This document shows, piece after piece, positions 50,283 to 63,663 of a stretch of DNA of 64,000 nt. The stretch's first letter is position 1. Each line of letters starts with the position of its first letter. Source of the DNA: Eledone cirrhosa (Eukaryota); NCBI GenBank assembly GCA_964016885.1, contig OZ024744.1:97216001-97280000 (forward strand), in the 5' to 3' direction. The notes beneath the pieces are model-generated. The model was not told where the DNA came from, made no database searches, and saw only the letters and a program-made list of their open reading frames with translations. Made by a program: the position numbers and the translations under genes.

Positions 50283-50358
50283 AAGAATGAGAAATAAGAA
50301 GTGAGCGAGAGACACAGAGGGATGTAGAGAAAGAGAGAGAGAGAGAAATATAGAGAGA

Positions 50359-50415
<57 letters not shown>

Positions 50416-50924
50416 GTCATTTATCGGCGTGTCTTCGTTCTTGTCCTGATAACATACTGATAACATACAACGAGAAACTGAGTAGAGACTTTAAAAAACT
50501 CAACTTAGTGATGATTTCTCCCGAATGAAACAGTTCTAGTCCTGTAGAAGCCTTTCTATATTAAATAGTTATACTCTACTATGTAGTCAGTGATCATGAG
50601 TGAGTTGGGTCTTCCATACGAGAGGTGAACGAGGAGGGTAAATGGAAAAGGACTCGTTTGAGACACATCTCTAGGACGTAAACTGTCTAAGGCTGTTGAA
50701 GGCGTTTGTCATGTCCAGCTTCACAAGGTGGGGGTGATGAAGGAGGCGCGTGCTCTATAAAATATCTGACCGTATGAGCTGCGGCCTCACATCCGTACGT
50801 GATTCCCATTCCGGGCTGTACAGGGCTTAACACCTCACTCACATCGTCTTTGACTGACTTGCAAGTCGTCGGAAGATGTTGCCCACAATCTGTGTGTTGT
50901 TATTTTTAACATTACCTGCCTTCA

Positions 50925-51305
50925 TAATAATTGTTTCTATTTTTGGCACAAGGCAAGCAATTACCCCAGTACATTACTGGTACTTTATTTTATCAACCCC
51001 ATAAGGATGAAAGGCAAAGTTAAGCTCGGCGAGATTTGAACTCAGATCATAAAGGACCGTAACTCTATGTTGCAAAGCATGACGTCCGACCCTCTGCCAA
51101 TACTGCCAATCCAATGCTTTCTGATTTAGGCACAAGGTCAACAATTTTGGGAGAGCGGAAAGTCAATTAAGTCGACCCCAGTACATTACTGATGCTTAAT
51201 TTTATCTACGCTTAATTATGAAAAACAAAGCTAACCTCGACAGGATTTTAACTCAAACCGTAAAGGGGCGCAACTCCATGCTTCAAAACATGGTGTCTGA
51301 CACTC
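50925..51305 (-). mobile_element. Two SINE copies
   Basis: Reverse complement of the SINE body (CTGGTACTTTATTTTATC..CCCC..AAGGATGAAAGGCAAAG..CTCGGCG.GATTTGAACTC). Confidence 0.75.
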
Positions 51306-51925
51306 TTACCGGCAAAATAGCTTGGGCGTCTATTTTACCGGGCCCGTCAAAATAGCCTCTTCTTGTTTTTGTAATTTTAAATTTAAGATTTAGAATCATG
51401 AGCTTTCTGGTAATCTAGAAGGCAATTATTGTATCGTTGTCAGAGCCTCTATATCGCATGGACACACTGGTTTCTATTTGTTTTATATATTTGCTATGTT
51501 TGGAAGAAGGGTATGCATCCACAGTCTTCACAGGCGCTCTGGAACAGGAGAGGGCGATGCCGTTAATATTGAACTTAGACTATTGGCAGTCCACTGTTTT
51601 GGGGGAAAGACATGAACAGAGAGGGACTAACAAGTTGGACACAACATGGGTGTAGTGAGTCGGGAACACCTGAGTGGATGTGGCGTAACACAAGTAAGCA
51701 CTAACTAACAGAGACCATTGCTGTAGCAGTAGAAGAGACAGAAATAGCACATCTGTGGGTTAGATACTGGAGAATGTCTGTGAGTGGTTTTATTTCGGTT
51801 AACTGGAAGGAGGGACGCTTTTCTCTGGACGCAGTCTAGGATGTCAGTGTAAGTAGTATATTATTATCGTGGGCTTTACATAAACTTTGTAGAGAGCTAG
51901 TACTTGTTGGGGGTTGAAATATATA

Positions 51926-52815
51926 CAGGGTGCGGACGATATTTGTTCGCAAGATTACTGTCTAGGAAAAAGTAACACAGTTGTTTTATTTTTAAAGATA
52001 TATTTATCAAACTTGGGTCAGTTTGTCTTCATGACTTGTTCGTTCGATCACACGTGATAAACCCGCCATTGGCTTTGATGACAGCCTCAAGGCGGCCTCG
52101 AAATCGGCTACAGGCCTTCGTCACTGTCCCCCGACTTAGGCCCCTAAAGGCACTTGTGATCCTGGCCTTCAGATCGTCTTTCGTATTGCAGCTAGATCTG
52201 TTGGTGTCTCGTTCCACTGCGGCCCACACAAAGAAGTCGAGGGGGTTGCAATCAAGCGAGCTGGGAGACCAGATGTCAGGTGAAGTGTGGTCGACAAAGT
52301 TCTCTGACAGCCAGGGTTGTGTCTTTCGGCTGGTATGGCAGGGTGCTGAGTCTTGCTGCCACACGTACGGCCTACCTGCAGCTACCTGGTCGATCCAGGG
52401 CTTTACTACCTCGCTCAGAACGCGGATGTAGCCATCGGTGTTCAGCTTGAGGCCCTCAAGGAAGAAGTGAGGTGGCATGACGTCACCTTGACTGCTGACG
52501 ACACCTAACACCAATGTTGTCGCTGGAAACTTTGTCTGCATGACTCTGGGCACGTCTTTGGATGAGACAGCGAGCCACCTGTTGTACTGGGAGTTGATCT
52601 TCTGGTCTTATTTGTCCTCCAGACGTGGATCCCAAGAAGAACTCCGTGTCTCTTCCACAAATTTGGAGGTTCAAAATTATTCATAATCAATTATTCTGAA
52701 GATAAATAATGGAAATATAGTCACTGTTTTTATGAAGACAAGAGTAACAACGTAAGTAAATAAGAAATTGCATAAAATTAGCAGTTGAAAATTGCGAACA
52801 AATATCGTTAACACC

Positions 52816-52818
<3 letters not shown>
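51926..52818 (-). mobile_element. Internally deleted Tc1/mariner DD37D (maT-type) DNA transposon
   Basis: TIRs CAGGGTG...ACGATATTTGTTCGCAA at both ends, TA-flanked; transposase C-terminus QQDSAP-(37 aa from D to D)-NPLDFFVW at 52029-52553. Confidence 0.9.
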
Positions 52819-52905
<87 letters not shown>

Positions 52906-53064
52906 GGTGTTTAGCAAGATTCTTTATCTGAAAACGTGTGTTGAAACCGATATTGTTATGCTTTGGGAAGGTTATGTTGACAATAATAAACACACGTACC
53001 AGTTGCTTTCACTTCAATTTATTATAAATTAAATTTATAAATTTAAGAATTTATAAATTTCCGG

Positions 53065-54692
53065 TTGGTTGGTTCCATAACCGGACGGTTGTTCATATAT
53101 TGTCAAAGTTCTTTCGTCACAGATTCTGTGACCTCTTCAGTGACTGGGGATTCTTTTCTTTGTTTTGTGCCTCTCCTTTGTTCTGTCCTACGCCATCTTG
53201 TTTTGTGTGTTGTGTGCTTAGTTTGCGCATGTGTTACATCCGGGTGTCTGTGTGTGTTTTTATTTGTTTATTTATTTGTTTATTTGCATGTTGCTGGTTG
53301 GTTGTTTGTTCTATGTGTGTGTGTGTTTTCATTTTGTCCTTAATTGTAAGTTGTGATGTTGCTATTCCATTCATGTTTTCCATTTAATTTTGGTTGGAGT
53401 TCATTTATATTTATTGCCTCTGTGATTTGTCTAAACATTGCGTCTTTTCTGTGTGTAGATTCTATTTTTATTTCTATGTTCTCTAATTTACCCCTATGTT
53501 CTATTTTAGCATGTTGGTGGAGTACAGATGATTCTTTTCTATCTTGAAGCTCTCGCCAGTGTTCATTTAACCGTTCTCCTATACTACGAGCTATCTCACC
53601 TATGTACACTATATTTTTATCGTTACATTGTCCTTCAGTACATCTTATGCTATATACTACATTTCTAGTTTTACAGTTAATATGGGGGCTTAGTTTACAG
53701 ACTGTGCATTTCTTATCTATACAGAGAGGTCTTTGAAAAGGGTATGTATTGCTAATAAGTGTTTTTATGGAGGTACCTGGTCCTTCTACTATCTTAATAT
53801 TAAGTTTAATGTTATCTTGAGCCCTTCTAAATTTGTAAGCTAATTGACCTCTAGGGGTTGTATTGATGAACATTACCCTCTGGTATTTATTGCTATCATA
53901 CCATGAGTTTATTCTATTAACCTTATTCCTAGTTCTCTCTATTCTATTCCAAAATTTGCTCCTATACTAGGGGCAGGTCCCGTTTGTATCATTATTTACC
54001 ATTTTTTCCCATTTGGTTCTGGCTCCTCTATATACTCTGATTTTATCTCTCTGATTGTAGCCAGAGAACTGCATACGGTGGATGAAGTGTTGTATGTGTC
54101 TCTCCAGTTCTTTGGAGTTGCATATGCGGGACACGTTTCTCATCACCCGTACCAAATCCGCAATCAGTATGTTGATTTTGGTGTGATCCGAAACAGCTGA
54201 GTTTCGGTGGATCAGATATTTGGAAGTCATGGGTTTGGCATAATGGGAATGGAGGATTTATTTTTTGTTATTAATGGTTTCTAACCAGAGCTCTGTGTCT
54301 AGTACAGGTGATCGATGGTTGGGGTGTTTGCTTGGGTAGTTTATAGTAACTCTAATACTCTGGTGGATGGAGTTAGCTATTTGCTGGATGCTTTCCATGG
54401 TGTTTTTCTCTAATTCCTGACTGTTCTCTAGTGGGGGTATTTTTACTACGATGTTTATATCATCAACGTAGCGGGAGTACATTATCAGGGTTAAGAGGTT
54501 GCTGTTTTCTAATTGTTCTTTAAGTTTAAGTTTAAGTTTATTGTCCCACCATACCATGAATAGGTTAGCTATGTCACCTGCAATGCTAACACCAATGGCT
54601 GCTCCCTCCTCTTGGGCATATGTTTTTCCATTAAATTTGAACATATGTTCCTTAAGGGTTAGTTTTATACCTATATAGGTGTTATGTAACAT
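53065..54692 (-). mobile_element. Penelope-like element, 5'-truncated (RT, linker and GIY-YIG), disrupted
   Basis: GAAIGVSIAGDIANLFM, YSRYVDDI, NVVYSIRC..C..YIGE.ARSIGER, EA..I...PKLN; 3' UTR resembles ~48760-49040. Confidence 0.9.
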
Positions 54693-54701
54693 TTAGTCTT
54701 A

Positions 54702-54791
54702 TCTCTCGCTGACGAAATGCCTACGGATTACTTGTTACAAACACGATTCATTCAGGGCGAAACAGATTAAATCTTTAGTCTGTCCGGGAGA
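54702..54791 (+). ncRNA. Hammerhead ribozyme motif in an inverted pLTR-like segment abutting the PLE 5' truncation
   Basis: TCTCTCG-CTGACGA..GCC...GGGC-GAAAC-AGATTAAA-TC-TTTAGTCT-GTC-CGGGAGA: 7-bp stem I, 10-bp stem III, GUC site. Confidence 0.7.
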
Positions 54792-55062
54792 AGAAATGGC
54801 TATTGATATGGTATGTATGAGAAATCTTGTAAGAAATCTTGTAAAATCCCATATGATTCAGGTTGAATGATATATAACATTTGTGGTGTAATCTACCCTC
54901 GTAATTTTAGACACGGGTTTACTGTGTTTACTTCTACACATATTAATATTATAATGCTCAGTATTTATACTTTGAGATTGTTAATTGCAGGGTATCTATA
55001 TGAGTTAATAACTCTATATTTTATTTGTATTTTATTTGTATATATATATATATCTTTATATA

Positions 55063-56262
55063 TCTTATATATAAAAGTGAGGATGTGTGTGTGTCTGTGT
55101 ACAACTTTGCATGCATAAGGCTTTCACAATTACCAACTGAATTTGACCAAATGTTCTGTGCATGTTGCACACGTTGCTAAGATTGTCACATCACAAACAT
55201 TTTTCAAATCGACCCAAGTTGAGCAATAAAAAATCGATATCAAAATTATCGGTAGAAAAATTGATGTAACGGAGATAACAAACTTTATTGACAATCCTTA
55301 TAAAAAAGGGAGATAACCAACTTTTCAGAAATTGGTTGACCTCCTAATACATTGGTTCTGAAAGAGGGAACACCAGTTATTTTGCTGAGAAATATCACTC
55401 CTCCAAAACTATGCAATGGTACACGCCTTGTGGTTAAAAAACTGTCTCCACTTAGTATTGACGCTACCATTCTATCCGGATGTGGAAAAGGCGAGGATGT
55501 GAGAATAACAAAAATTAGCCTGACTACATCAGGCATGGATACTCCCTTCTCCTTTCGCCGAACCCAATTTCCCCTTCGTGTTGCCTTTGCTATGTTCATA
55601 AACAAGTCGCAAGGTCAAACTCTGTCCGTCACTGGAATTCACTTGGATGAACCTTGCTTTTCGCACGAACAATTCTACGTTGCCTGATCACGAGTTGGCA
55701 GTCGAGATAATCTCTTTGCGTTTGTTCCGAAAAGAAAAACAAAGAATATCGTCTATCCTCAAGTGTTTTAGTGTTAACAAAATAACTTATTACAGCTCTG
55801 CCTTGGCTTCACCTTACTCATTACAAAACATACCAATGAATATGTCATGCAGGATATTTTGGATTATAAGTTAAAAATTTAACTATACACAGCAAAGGAT
55901 GCTCTCAAAGAATAGATTTTCTCTTATTCTACTCTCATTGTTTTTTTTTGTTTTTTTTTTTTATACAACTCTGCTTTCATTACAACTTTTTGTACTTTAG
56001 CAAAACTGCCTGTTTTTTTTACAGATTTGCAACGTGTATTGTCTTTAATCATTTGTATAACTACATCTTGTTCAGTGTTTTCCTTCATTATCAGCATAGT
56101 TTTATGTGTTCAAAGATTGCACTAAATATTCGTTTGCATTAATTATTGAAGACTTCTGCTTATTTTGACAGGCTGGGGACAAATAATGTTCTTCTTTTAC
56201 TTCCTAGCTGTATATTCTTAGCATAATTTCAAACCCGAGCCACGCGGAGTTAATCTGATAGT
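55063..56262 (+). mobile_element. Non-autonomous Helitron-like element carrying a PIF1 helicase C-terminal fragment
   Basis: LKEGTPVILLRN...LCNGTRL...RRTQFPLRVAFAM.INKSQGQTL...FSH.Q.YVA*SRV at 55352-55770; 5' TC-TTATATATAAAA; GC-rich 3' hairpin CCCGAGCCACGCGG before a degenerate terminus (ends approximate). Confidence 0.75.
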
Positions 56263-56478
56263 ATCAACTAGAAATAGATTGACACATATATATATAAAAT
56301 AAACACATGAAATTAATTTAATTTTGTATATATATATATATATATAAAAGTTTACATATATATATACATACATATACATATACGTGTTTTGCAACGGGTC
56401 ACTTTGTGGCTCAATGAAAATTTAATAAATTAAACAATCAGAGCTATATATCATAAAACATGTCTATAGAATCTTTTA

Positions 56479-56527
<49 letters not shown>

Positions 56528-56530
<3 letters not shown>

Positions 56531-56890
56531 GATATTAAATAAATGGAAACTATATTTATAAAACCATATTTATTTCATTATATATATTTCAGGGATATCA
56601 TATTAAAAATATGTTATGCCTTCTTCAGACAAAATACAATATAAACAGTCTTATAAATAGATAGATTTGACATACCTTTCAACTTCAACTTCCATTTAAA
56701 AAGTTGATTTGGTAGTTTTTAAATGGAAGTTGAAGTTGAAAGGTATGTCAAATCTATCTATTTATAAAACTGTTTATATTGTATTTTGTCTGAAGAAGGC
56801 ATAACATATTTTTAATATGATATCCCTGAAATATATATAATGAAATAAATATGGTTTTATAAATATAGTTTCCATTTATTTAATATCGTA
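56528..56890. repeat. Near-perfect palindrome (~175-bp arms, ~13-nt spacer) with one HHR motif per arm
   Basis: Arms are reverse complements; CTGAAGA..GAAAT-ATAT-ATA at 56783-56846 (+) and its mirror at ~56573-56636 (-); lies between (TA)n tracts. Confidence 0.92.
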
Positions 56891-56973
56891 AATATACTCC
56901 AAATACTTGTTGAGTGCTTTTATATCAGTTATAAATATTTACTCGTTGTAACCCAACAATTTAAATAAAACTT

Positions 56974-57032
<59 letters not shown>

Positions 57033-57468
57033 AAATTGAAAGATGGTTAAAAGAGTTCCAAGTATTTTATTATGCGCATTTAAAAAACAAATATCATCAT
57101 GGGATGCTATCTGCGTTTTCATCAGATAAAATAGGGATACATGATATGAAGCTTAAAAAACACTTGTGTATAATGAAGTTTTAAATCAACATATGAAAAA
57201 TAATTTAAGATTGATGTGTGAGATTGTGAAAAAGTGAGCGGGGGGAGGGGGATATATATGTATATATATTTATATATTTCATTAGAGATTTAAAGACGCT
57301 GGTCTGAGACCTTTACTTCCCTCCGAAGAAGAGATATTATCTCGAAAATTAAGGATATTTAAATAAATTCAAGGTAAAAGACGAATTCACATCAATATCT
57401 TTCACTATTGCATTCTTTTTTCTATGTCCATACCTGCATTGTCTTGGCCTTATTACACATATTCTAAC

Positions 57469-57527
<59 letters not shown>

Positions 57528-57724
57528 CACACACACATAAGGTGAGAGTGTACTATTGTGATCAAACCAACTGAAGCAGAAGTTGCACTTTATCTGCGGC
57601 TGCAGTGATGGACGACTCACTGTAAAATGTTAATGAATGTAGACTGGATGGCGTGGAGGACATGTTTGTGTCATGTATTGATCACAGACGCCATATACAC
57701 CACCACCGTTCTTATACACCTGCA

Positions 57725-59660
57725 TATGTGTCTGCATGTGTATATGTGTATGTGTGTGTGTATATGAGAGTGTTTATGTGAGTATGTGTGAGAGTGTATG
57801 TGAGTGTATGTGTGAGAGTGTGTGTGAGTATGTGAGAGTGTATGTGTGAGTGTTTATGTGTGTATGTGTGAGAGTATGTATGTGTGAGAGTGTGTGTGTG
57901 TGTGTGTGAGAGTATGTGTGAGTGTTTATGTGTGTATGTGTGAGAGTATGTATGTGTGAGAGTGTGTGTGAGTGTGTGTGAGAGTATGTGTGAGTGTTTA
58001 TGTGTGTATGTGTGAGAGTGTATGTGTGAGAGTGTATGTGAGTGTGTGTGAGAGTATGTGTGAGTCTTTATGTGTGTATGTGTGAGAGTATGTATGTGTG
58101 AGAGTGTATGTGAGTATGTGTGAGAGTATGTGTGAGTCTTTGTGTGTGTATGTGTGAGAGTATGTATGTGTGAGAGTGTATGTGAGTGTGTGTGAGAGTA
58201 TGTGTGAATGTTTATGTGTGTATGTGTGAGAGTATGTATCTGTGAGAGTGTATGTGAGTGTGTGTGAGAGTATGTGTGAGTGTATGTGTGAGAGTGTGTG
58301 TGAGTATGTGAGAGTGTATGTGAGTGTGTGTGAGAGTGTATCTGAGTATGTGTGAGAGTATGTGTGAGTGTGTATGTGTGTATGTGTGAGAGTATGTGTG
58401 AGTGTTTATGTGTGAGAGTATGTATGTGTGAGTGTGTAAATGCATGTGTATATGTGTATGTGTGTGTGTATATGAGAGTGTTTATGTGAGTATGTGTGAG
58501 AGTGTATGTGAGTGTATGTGTGAGAGTGTGTGTGAGTATGTGAGAGTGTATGTGTGAGTGTTTATGTGTGTATGTGTGAGAGTATGTATGTGTGAGAGTG
58601 TGTGTGTGTGTGAGAGTATGTGTGAGTGTTTATGTGTGTATGTGTGAGAGTATGTATGTGTGAGAGTGTGTGTGAGTGTGTGTGAGAGTATGTGTGAGTG
58701 TTTATGTGTGTATGTGTGAGAGTGTATGTGTGAGAGTGTATGTGAGTGTGTGTGAGAGTATGTGTGAGTCTTTATGTGTGTATGTGTGAGAGTATGTATG
58801 TGTGAGAGTGTATGTGAGTATGTGTGAGAGTATGTGTGAGTCTTTGTGTGTGTATGTGTGAGAGTATGTATGTGTGAGAGTGTATGTGAGTGTGTGTGAG
58901 AGTATGTGTGAATGTTTATGTGTGTATGTGTGAGAGTATGTATGTGTGAGAGTGTATGTGAGTGTGTGTGAGAGTATGTGTGAGTGTTTATGTGTGTATG
59001 TGTGAGAGTTTGTGTGAGAGTGTATGTGTGAGAGTGTATGTGAGTGTTTATGTGTGTATGTGTGAGAGTATGTATGCGTGAGAGTGTATGTGAGTATGTG
59101 AGAGTGTATGTGTGAGTGTGTATGTGTGTATGTGTGAGAGTATGTATGTGTGAGAGTGTATGTGAGTGCGTGTGAGAGTATGTGTGAGTGTTTATGTGTG
59201 TATGTGTGAGTGTATGTGTGAGAGTGTATGTGAGTGTGTGTGAGAGTATGTGTGAGTGTTTATGTGTGTATGTGTGAGAGTATGTGTGAGAGTGTATGTG
59301 TGAGAGTGTATGTGAGTGTGTGTGAGAGTGTATCTGAGTATGTGTGAGAGTATGTGTGAGTGTGTATGTGTGTATGTGTGAGAGTATGTGTGAGTGTTTA
59401 TGTGTGAGAGTATGTATGTGTGAGTGTTTATGTGAATATGTGTGAGAGTATGTGTGAGTGTTTATGTGTGTATGTGTGAGAGTATGTATGTGTGAGAGTG
59501 TATGTGAGTGTGTGTGAGAGTATGTGTGAGTGTTTATGTCTGTATGTGTGAGAGTATGTATGTGTGAGAGTGTATGTGAGTGTGTGTGAGAGTATGTGTG
59601 AGTGTTTATGTCTGTATGTGTGAGAGTATGTATGTGTGAGAGTGTATGTGAGTATATATA
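57725..59660. repeat. Complex GT/GA-rich satellite with internal block duplication
   Basis: Repeats of GTGTGAGAGTATGT / GAGTGTTTATGT; the block starting at ~57735 recurs at ~58441. Confidence 0.93.
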
Positions 59661-59991
59661 TGTGTGTGTGTTTGCATATGTTTGTGATTTTTGTTGTGTA
59701 AATGCGTATATATGCGTAAAGTTCTTTGTGTGTAGATATATGCATATGTGTATGTAAGTGAGTTTGTATGTGAATGTGTGAGTGTATGCTTGTAAGTTTT
59801 GGTGTGTATATATATGCATATGAGTTCTTTCAGTGTAGATGTAAGCATATGTGTATCTGTGTGTGTGAGAGTATTTGTGAGTGTGCTTGTTAGTGTGTGA
59901 GCAAGATTTGATCTGTAAATGTGTATATATCTGTATGAATTTTTTATGTGTAGATGTATGAGTGTGCGTGCGTGCGGGCGTGTGTGTGAGT

Positions 59992-60030
<39 letters not shown>

Positions 60031-61004
60031 GCAGGTGCTTCAATGTATTAATTTGTTGATTGATTTTTGTTGTTGTTGTAATGCAAGCATTGTTTTTATT
60101 TCGTTTCTGTATAACGTAATAGATGATAATTTTTCTATTGTATTTTCTATTATTTATAGTTGTTTCACGATTTTTGTTTAGTCTCCACCTTTGCATGGCA
60201 TTAATATGTTCCAGCAACCTTAAATTAACTAGCAGAAAAACCACCCTTAGGGTGGTTTTCTGCTAGTATATATAGTGTGCATATTGATATTATACGCAAG
60301 TATATATACATGTAGATATGATACATCAAAGAAAATCGTAATTGACAATATACACAGAAATTGAACGAAGACTGTGTTACACTGTTTTATGTAATCAGTA
60401 ACGTAATCCATGATACATTAAAAAAAGACGATATTATATATAAACTGCATTATGAAAAAATTAGTGACGGAAATATATGAATGTTTATTTAAGCGATCGC
60501 TACCCGGAAGTGTTGATATTTGAAAATGTTTAAGAAGTGAATCTTAAATAAGTAATAAAATATATTTAGTCAACAGCCACGAAATTTTGTAGATAAATTA
60601 TGTAATATTCATTCATTATTTATTCAAAGTAATCTAACTTATTTTACTAAGGAGATAAAAAATTATAAACCGTACGCAGTCCCGCACTTCTTACTTCATT
60701 ATAGTTAAGATATGTTTAGAATATTGTTTGTCTTCTTAACTACCTATGTACAACGTTCTATAGGATTTGGTTTTCTTTAATATCATATAAAGACGAATAC
60801 ATACGCTAGTGTTCCATATACTCTTAAAATCAATTTATTCCCTGTCATTGTTCATTCTTGTTCTGTTTGGATCTTCTTCTAACTCTACACCTTGTTTTTG
60901 TTTATTTTGTCTTATCTGTTATACATTTCAGCAAGATGGATGTTCTTACTTTTGATAGAAATGTGTTATACTTGCGAGAAAATACACATCATTTTTTAAT
61001 TTTC

Positions 61005-61305
61005 TATAGAGTTACGGCCCTTTCCATTCTAAGTTCAAATCCCGCCGAGGTGTACTTTGCCTTTCATCCTTACGGGGTCAATAAAATAAAGTACCAGTAA
61101 TGTACTGGTAATTGCTGGCCTTGTGCCTAAAGTAGAAACAATTATTTAATTTTCTATAGAGTTACGGCCCTTTCCTTTCTGAGTTCAAATCCCGCCGAGG
61201 TCAACTTTGCCTTTCATCCTTACGGGGTCGATAAAATAAAGTACCAGTAATGTACTGATAATTGCTGGCCTTGTGCCAAAAGTAGAAACAATTATTTAAT
61301 TTCTA
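61005..61305 (+). mobile_element. Two tandem SINE 3' units (~150-bp period)
   Basis: TTTCTATAGAGTTACGGCCC..AGTTCAAATCCCGCCGAGG..AAAGTAGAAACAATTATT occurs twice. Confidence 0.8.
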
Positions 61306-61604
61306 TAAAATAAACATTTTTTCGTTTACCTATGAACTTTAAAATTAAAGTCTAGATCTAGATCTAGATTAAGCATTGCTTAAGACATGATTGTTGGATG
61401 TATTTATGATTCATAATATTGGTATTTAAATGTAAACACTAATTTCTGTAAGAACTAATTTCTAAAATTCTCTGTTGAGAAAAAATCAATTTCTTGAACT
61501 AACATTATTTGAGTTGGCGGCGACAACATAGATATGAAGTATACACATTCAATAATATCACAACATAAATTATTTCAGCCTTCCTTAAATGCTTGCACTG
61601 TCAG

Positions 61605-61654
<50 letters not shown>

Positions 61655-61750
61655 CGCGCGTTTAAAAGGTAAACAGAAAAAAAACAACACAATCAGTATA
61701 GTATATGGAAGGATTATATTAGGTTAACGTTTGAAATAGCAGGAAGAGGG

Positions 61751-61786
61751 TCATAACGTTTCGGACGCTAGTCCTTCATCAGAAGA
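61751..61786 (-). ncRNA. Minimal hammerhead ribozyme motif, same family as 50247-50282
   Basis: Reverse strand TCTT-CTGATGA-A-GGAC-TAGC-GTCC-GAAAC-GTT-ATGA; about 130 bp of flanking sequence shared with the 50.2-kb copy. Confidence 0.65.
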
Positions 61787-62739
61787 AAGAATGAGAAATT
61801 AGAAAGGTGTGTTTGTGTGTGTGTGTACACAGAGAGACCGTTCGTCTCGAATTCGAGAAATATAGAATAAAATTCTTCTTAGCGGCTACGGTTAAAGTTA
61901 TCTTCTGCCGAGGTTAGCTTTGCATTTCATCCTTACAGGGTCGATAAAATAAAATACCAGTAATGCACTCGGGTCGATTTAATCGACTTTCCCCTCCCCC
62001 AAAATTGCTGGCCGTGTGCCTATCATAGAAGTCATTGATAGTATATTTTTAGCTGTGTAAGAAACATTTTTTAGCTGTTTGTCTTTAGCTGTATATCTAT
62101 CAAGTGAAGGTGCATCTCTTAGTGAATTAAGCAATTGGATTCACAATTATATGGTCATAAGTTCTATTTTTAGTGCGGACTAAGCTTTATGTCACTGAAA
62201 AATGCACTATCTATCACGCAGATTGAGTTCATTTAGTTAAAAATATATACCAGCAGCAGCTTTAGATTAGCCTGGCGATTGACTGGCATCCCATCCAGAC
62301 GAGAAATTTTGTCGTTTAAAACCTATAAAATAGGAGCAAAGCTCTGCGTGTCCAGCAACCCGCAGAAGCATACAAAAATGATCGTAAATCATTACACGGT
62401 ACTCGAACTTTGTATATTCTGAATTCAATACCAACTGGAGGTCAATTTTCGTTTTGATCCGAGGTTCAGTAAAATAATCAACAGCTCTCAAATATACATG
62501 TAATCGATTGTATTTCTCAAAAGTGTTATCTTAGGCCAGTGTAAATTTGGTCATGTCAGGATTGTAGCTATACTCACCACGATTGGTTAATTATGGGTTG
62601 GTAAAGTTATTTAATCCATAGTTGAGGTGGAAGTTGATCCACCCTTTTAACACCTCTTGTTTTGTTTTGTTGTTGTTTTTTTTTTTTATGTGTGTGTGGT
62701 GCTTGGGTTCCACTTACTCTCCTCACCGGATCAGGGTCT

Positions 62740-63112
62740 TCTGGGGGGAGCCGCCCACTCGATTATAAAGCAGGTTGTACTGGGTGACATGGTACCAGTA
62801 GCCAACAGAAGTCTGACCAAACAAGGGTATGGTGAGGCAACCAGTTTAGTCACTGACCACTCGACTGTGAAGCAGGTTGTTCTGGGTTACATGGTACCAG
62901 TAACAAACAGAAGTCTAGCCTGACCGCATCAGGGTATGGTGGGGGAACCAGTTCAGTCACTGACCACTCGATCATGACGCAGGTTGTTCTGGGTTACATG
63001 GTTCAACTAGCAGGCAAAAGTATGACTTGACCACACCAGGGTATGGTGGGGAAACCAGTTCAGTCACTGACCACTCGACCATGAAGCAGGTTGTACTGCG
63101 TTAGATGGTACA
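62740..63112 (+). repeat. Tandem ~105-110-bp repeat (about 3.5 units)
   Basis: CCAGTT.AGTCACTGACCACTCGA...GCAGGTTGT.CTGGGTTACATGGT repeated; related copy at ~45595-45660. Confidence 0.85.
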
Positions 63113-63139
63113 ACATTTTCTCAATACTAACTGACCTAG

Positions 63140-63650
63140 AAAGAAGTTGAGGCACAAGGACAGCAATTTGGGAGGAGGGATATTAATTGATTATATCGAC
63201 CCTAGTACCTAATTGGTACTTTACTTTATCGATCCCGGAAGGATGAAAAGCAAAGTTAAACCGGAACGAACACTGAACACTATTCTATCCGACATGAGTT
63301 CAAATCCTGCCGAGGTTAACTTTGCCTTTCATCCTTACAGGCTCGATATAATATTACCAGTAATGTACTGAGGTTAATTGCTGGCCTTGTGCCAAAAGTA
63401 GAAACTATTTTATCCGACATTCTAACAAATCAGCCAATCCGCTACCTTAAAGCAAGAAAAATAATAATTGTTTCTACTTTAGGCACAAGGCCAGCAATTA
63501 CCCCAGTGTATTACTGGTGCTTTATTTTGTCGACCCTGTAAGGATGAAAGGCAAAGTCAACCTCGGCGGGAATTGAACTCAGATCGTAAAGGGACGTAAC
63601 TATGCTGGAAAGCATGGCGTCCGACCCTCTACCGATACTGCCAATATGAC
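63140..63650. mobile_element. SINE cluster (+ copies, then an inverted copy)
   Basis: SINE body on + at ~63295-63410 and on - at ~63465-63645. Confidence 0.7.
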
Positions 63651-63663
63651 TGCATTTAGAATA

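Noticed and set aside
55352-55770. Host PIF1 helicase gene
   Set aside because: Short C-terminal fragment with an internal stop inside Helitron-like ends
58482-59819. 445-aa His/Thr-rich ORF and the many other HT/CV/YI-repeat ORFs
   Set aside because: Translations of (CA)n/(GT)n/(TA)n satellites, which lack stop codons; no coding signal
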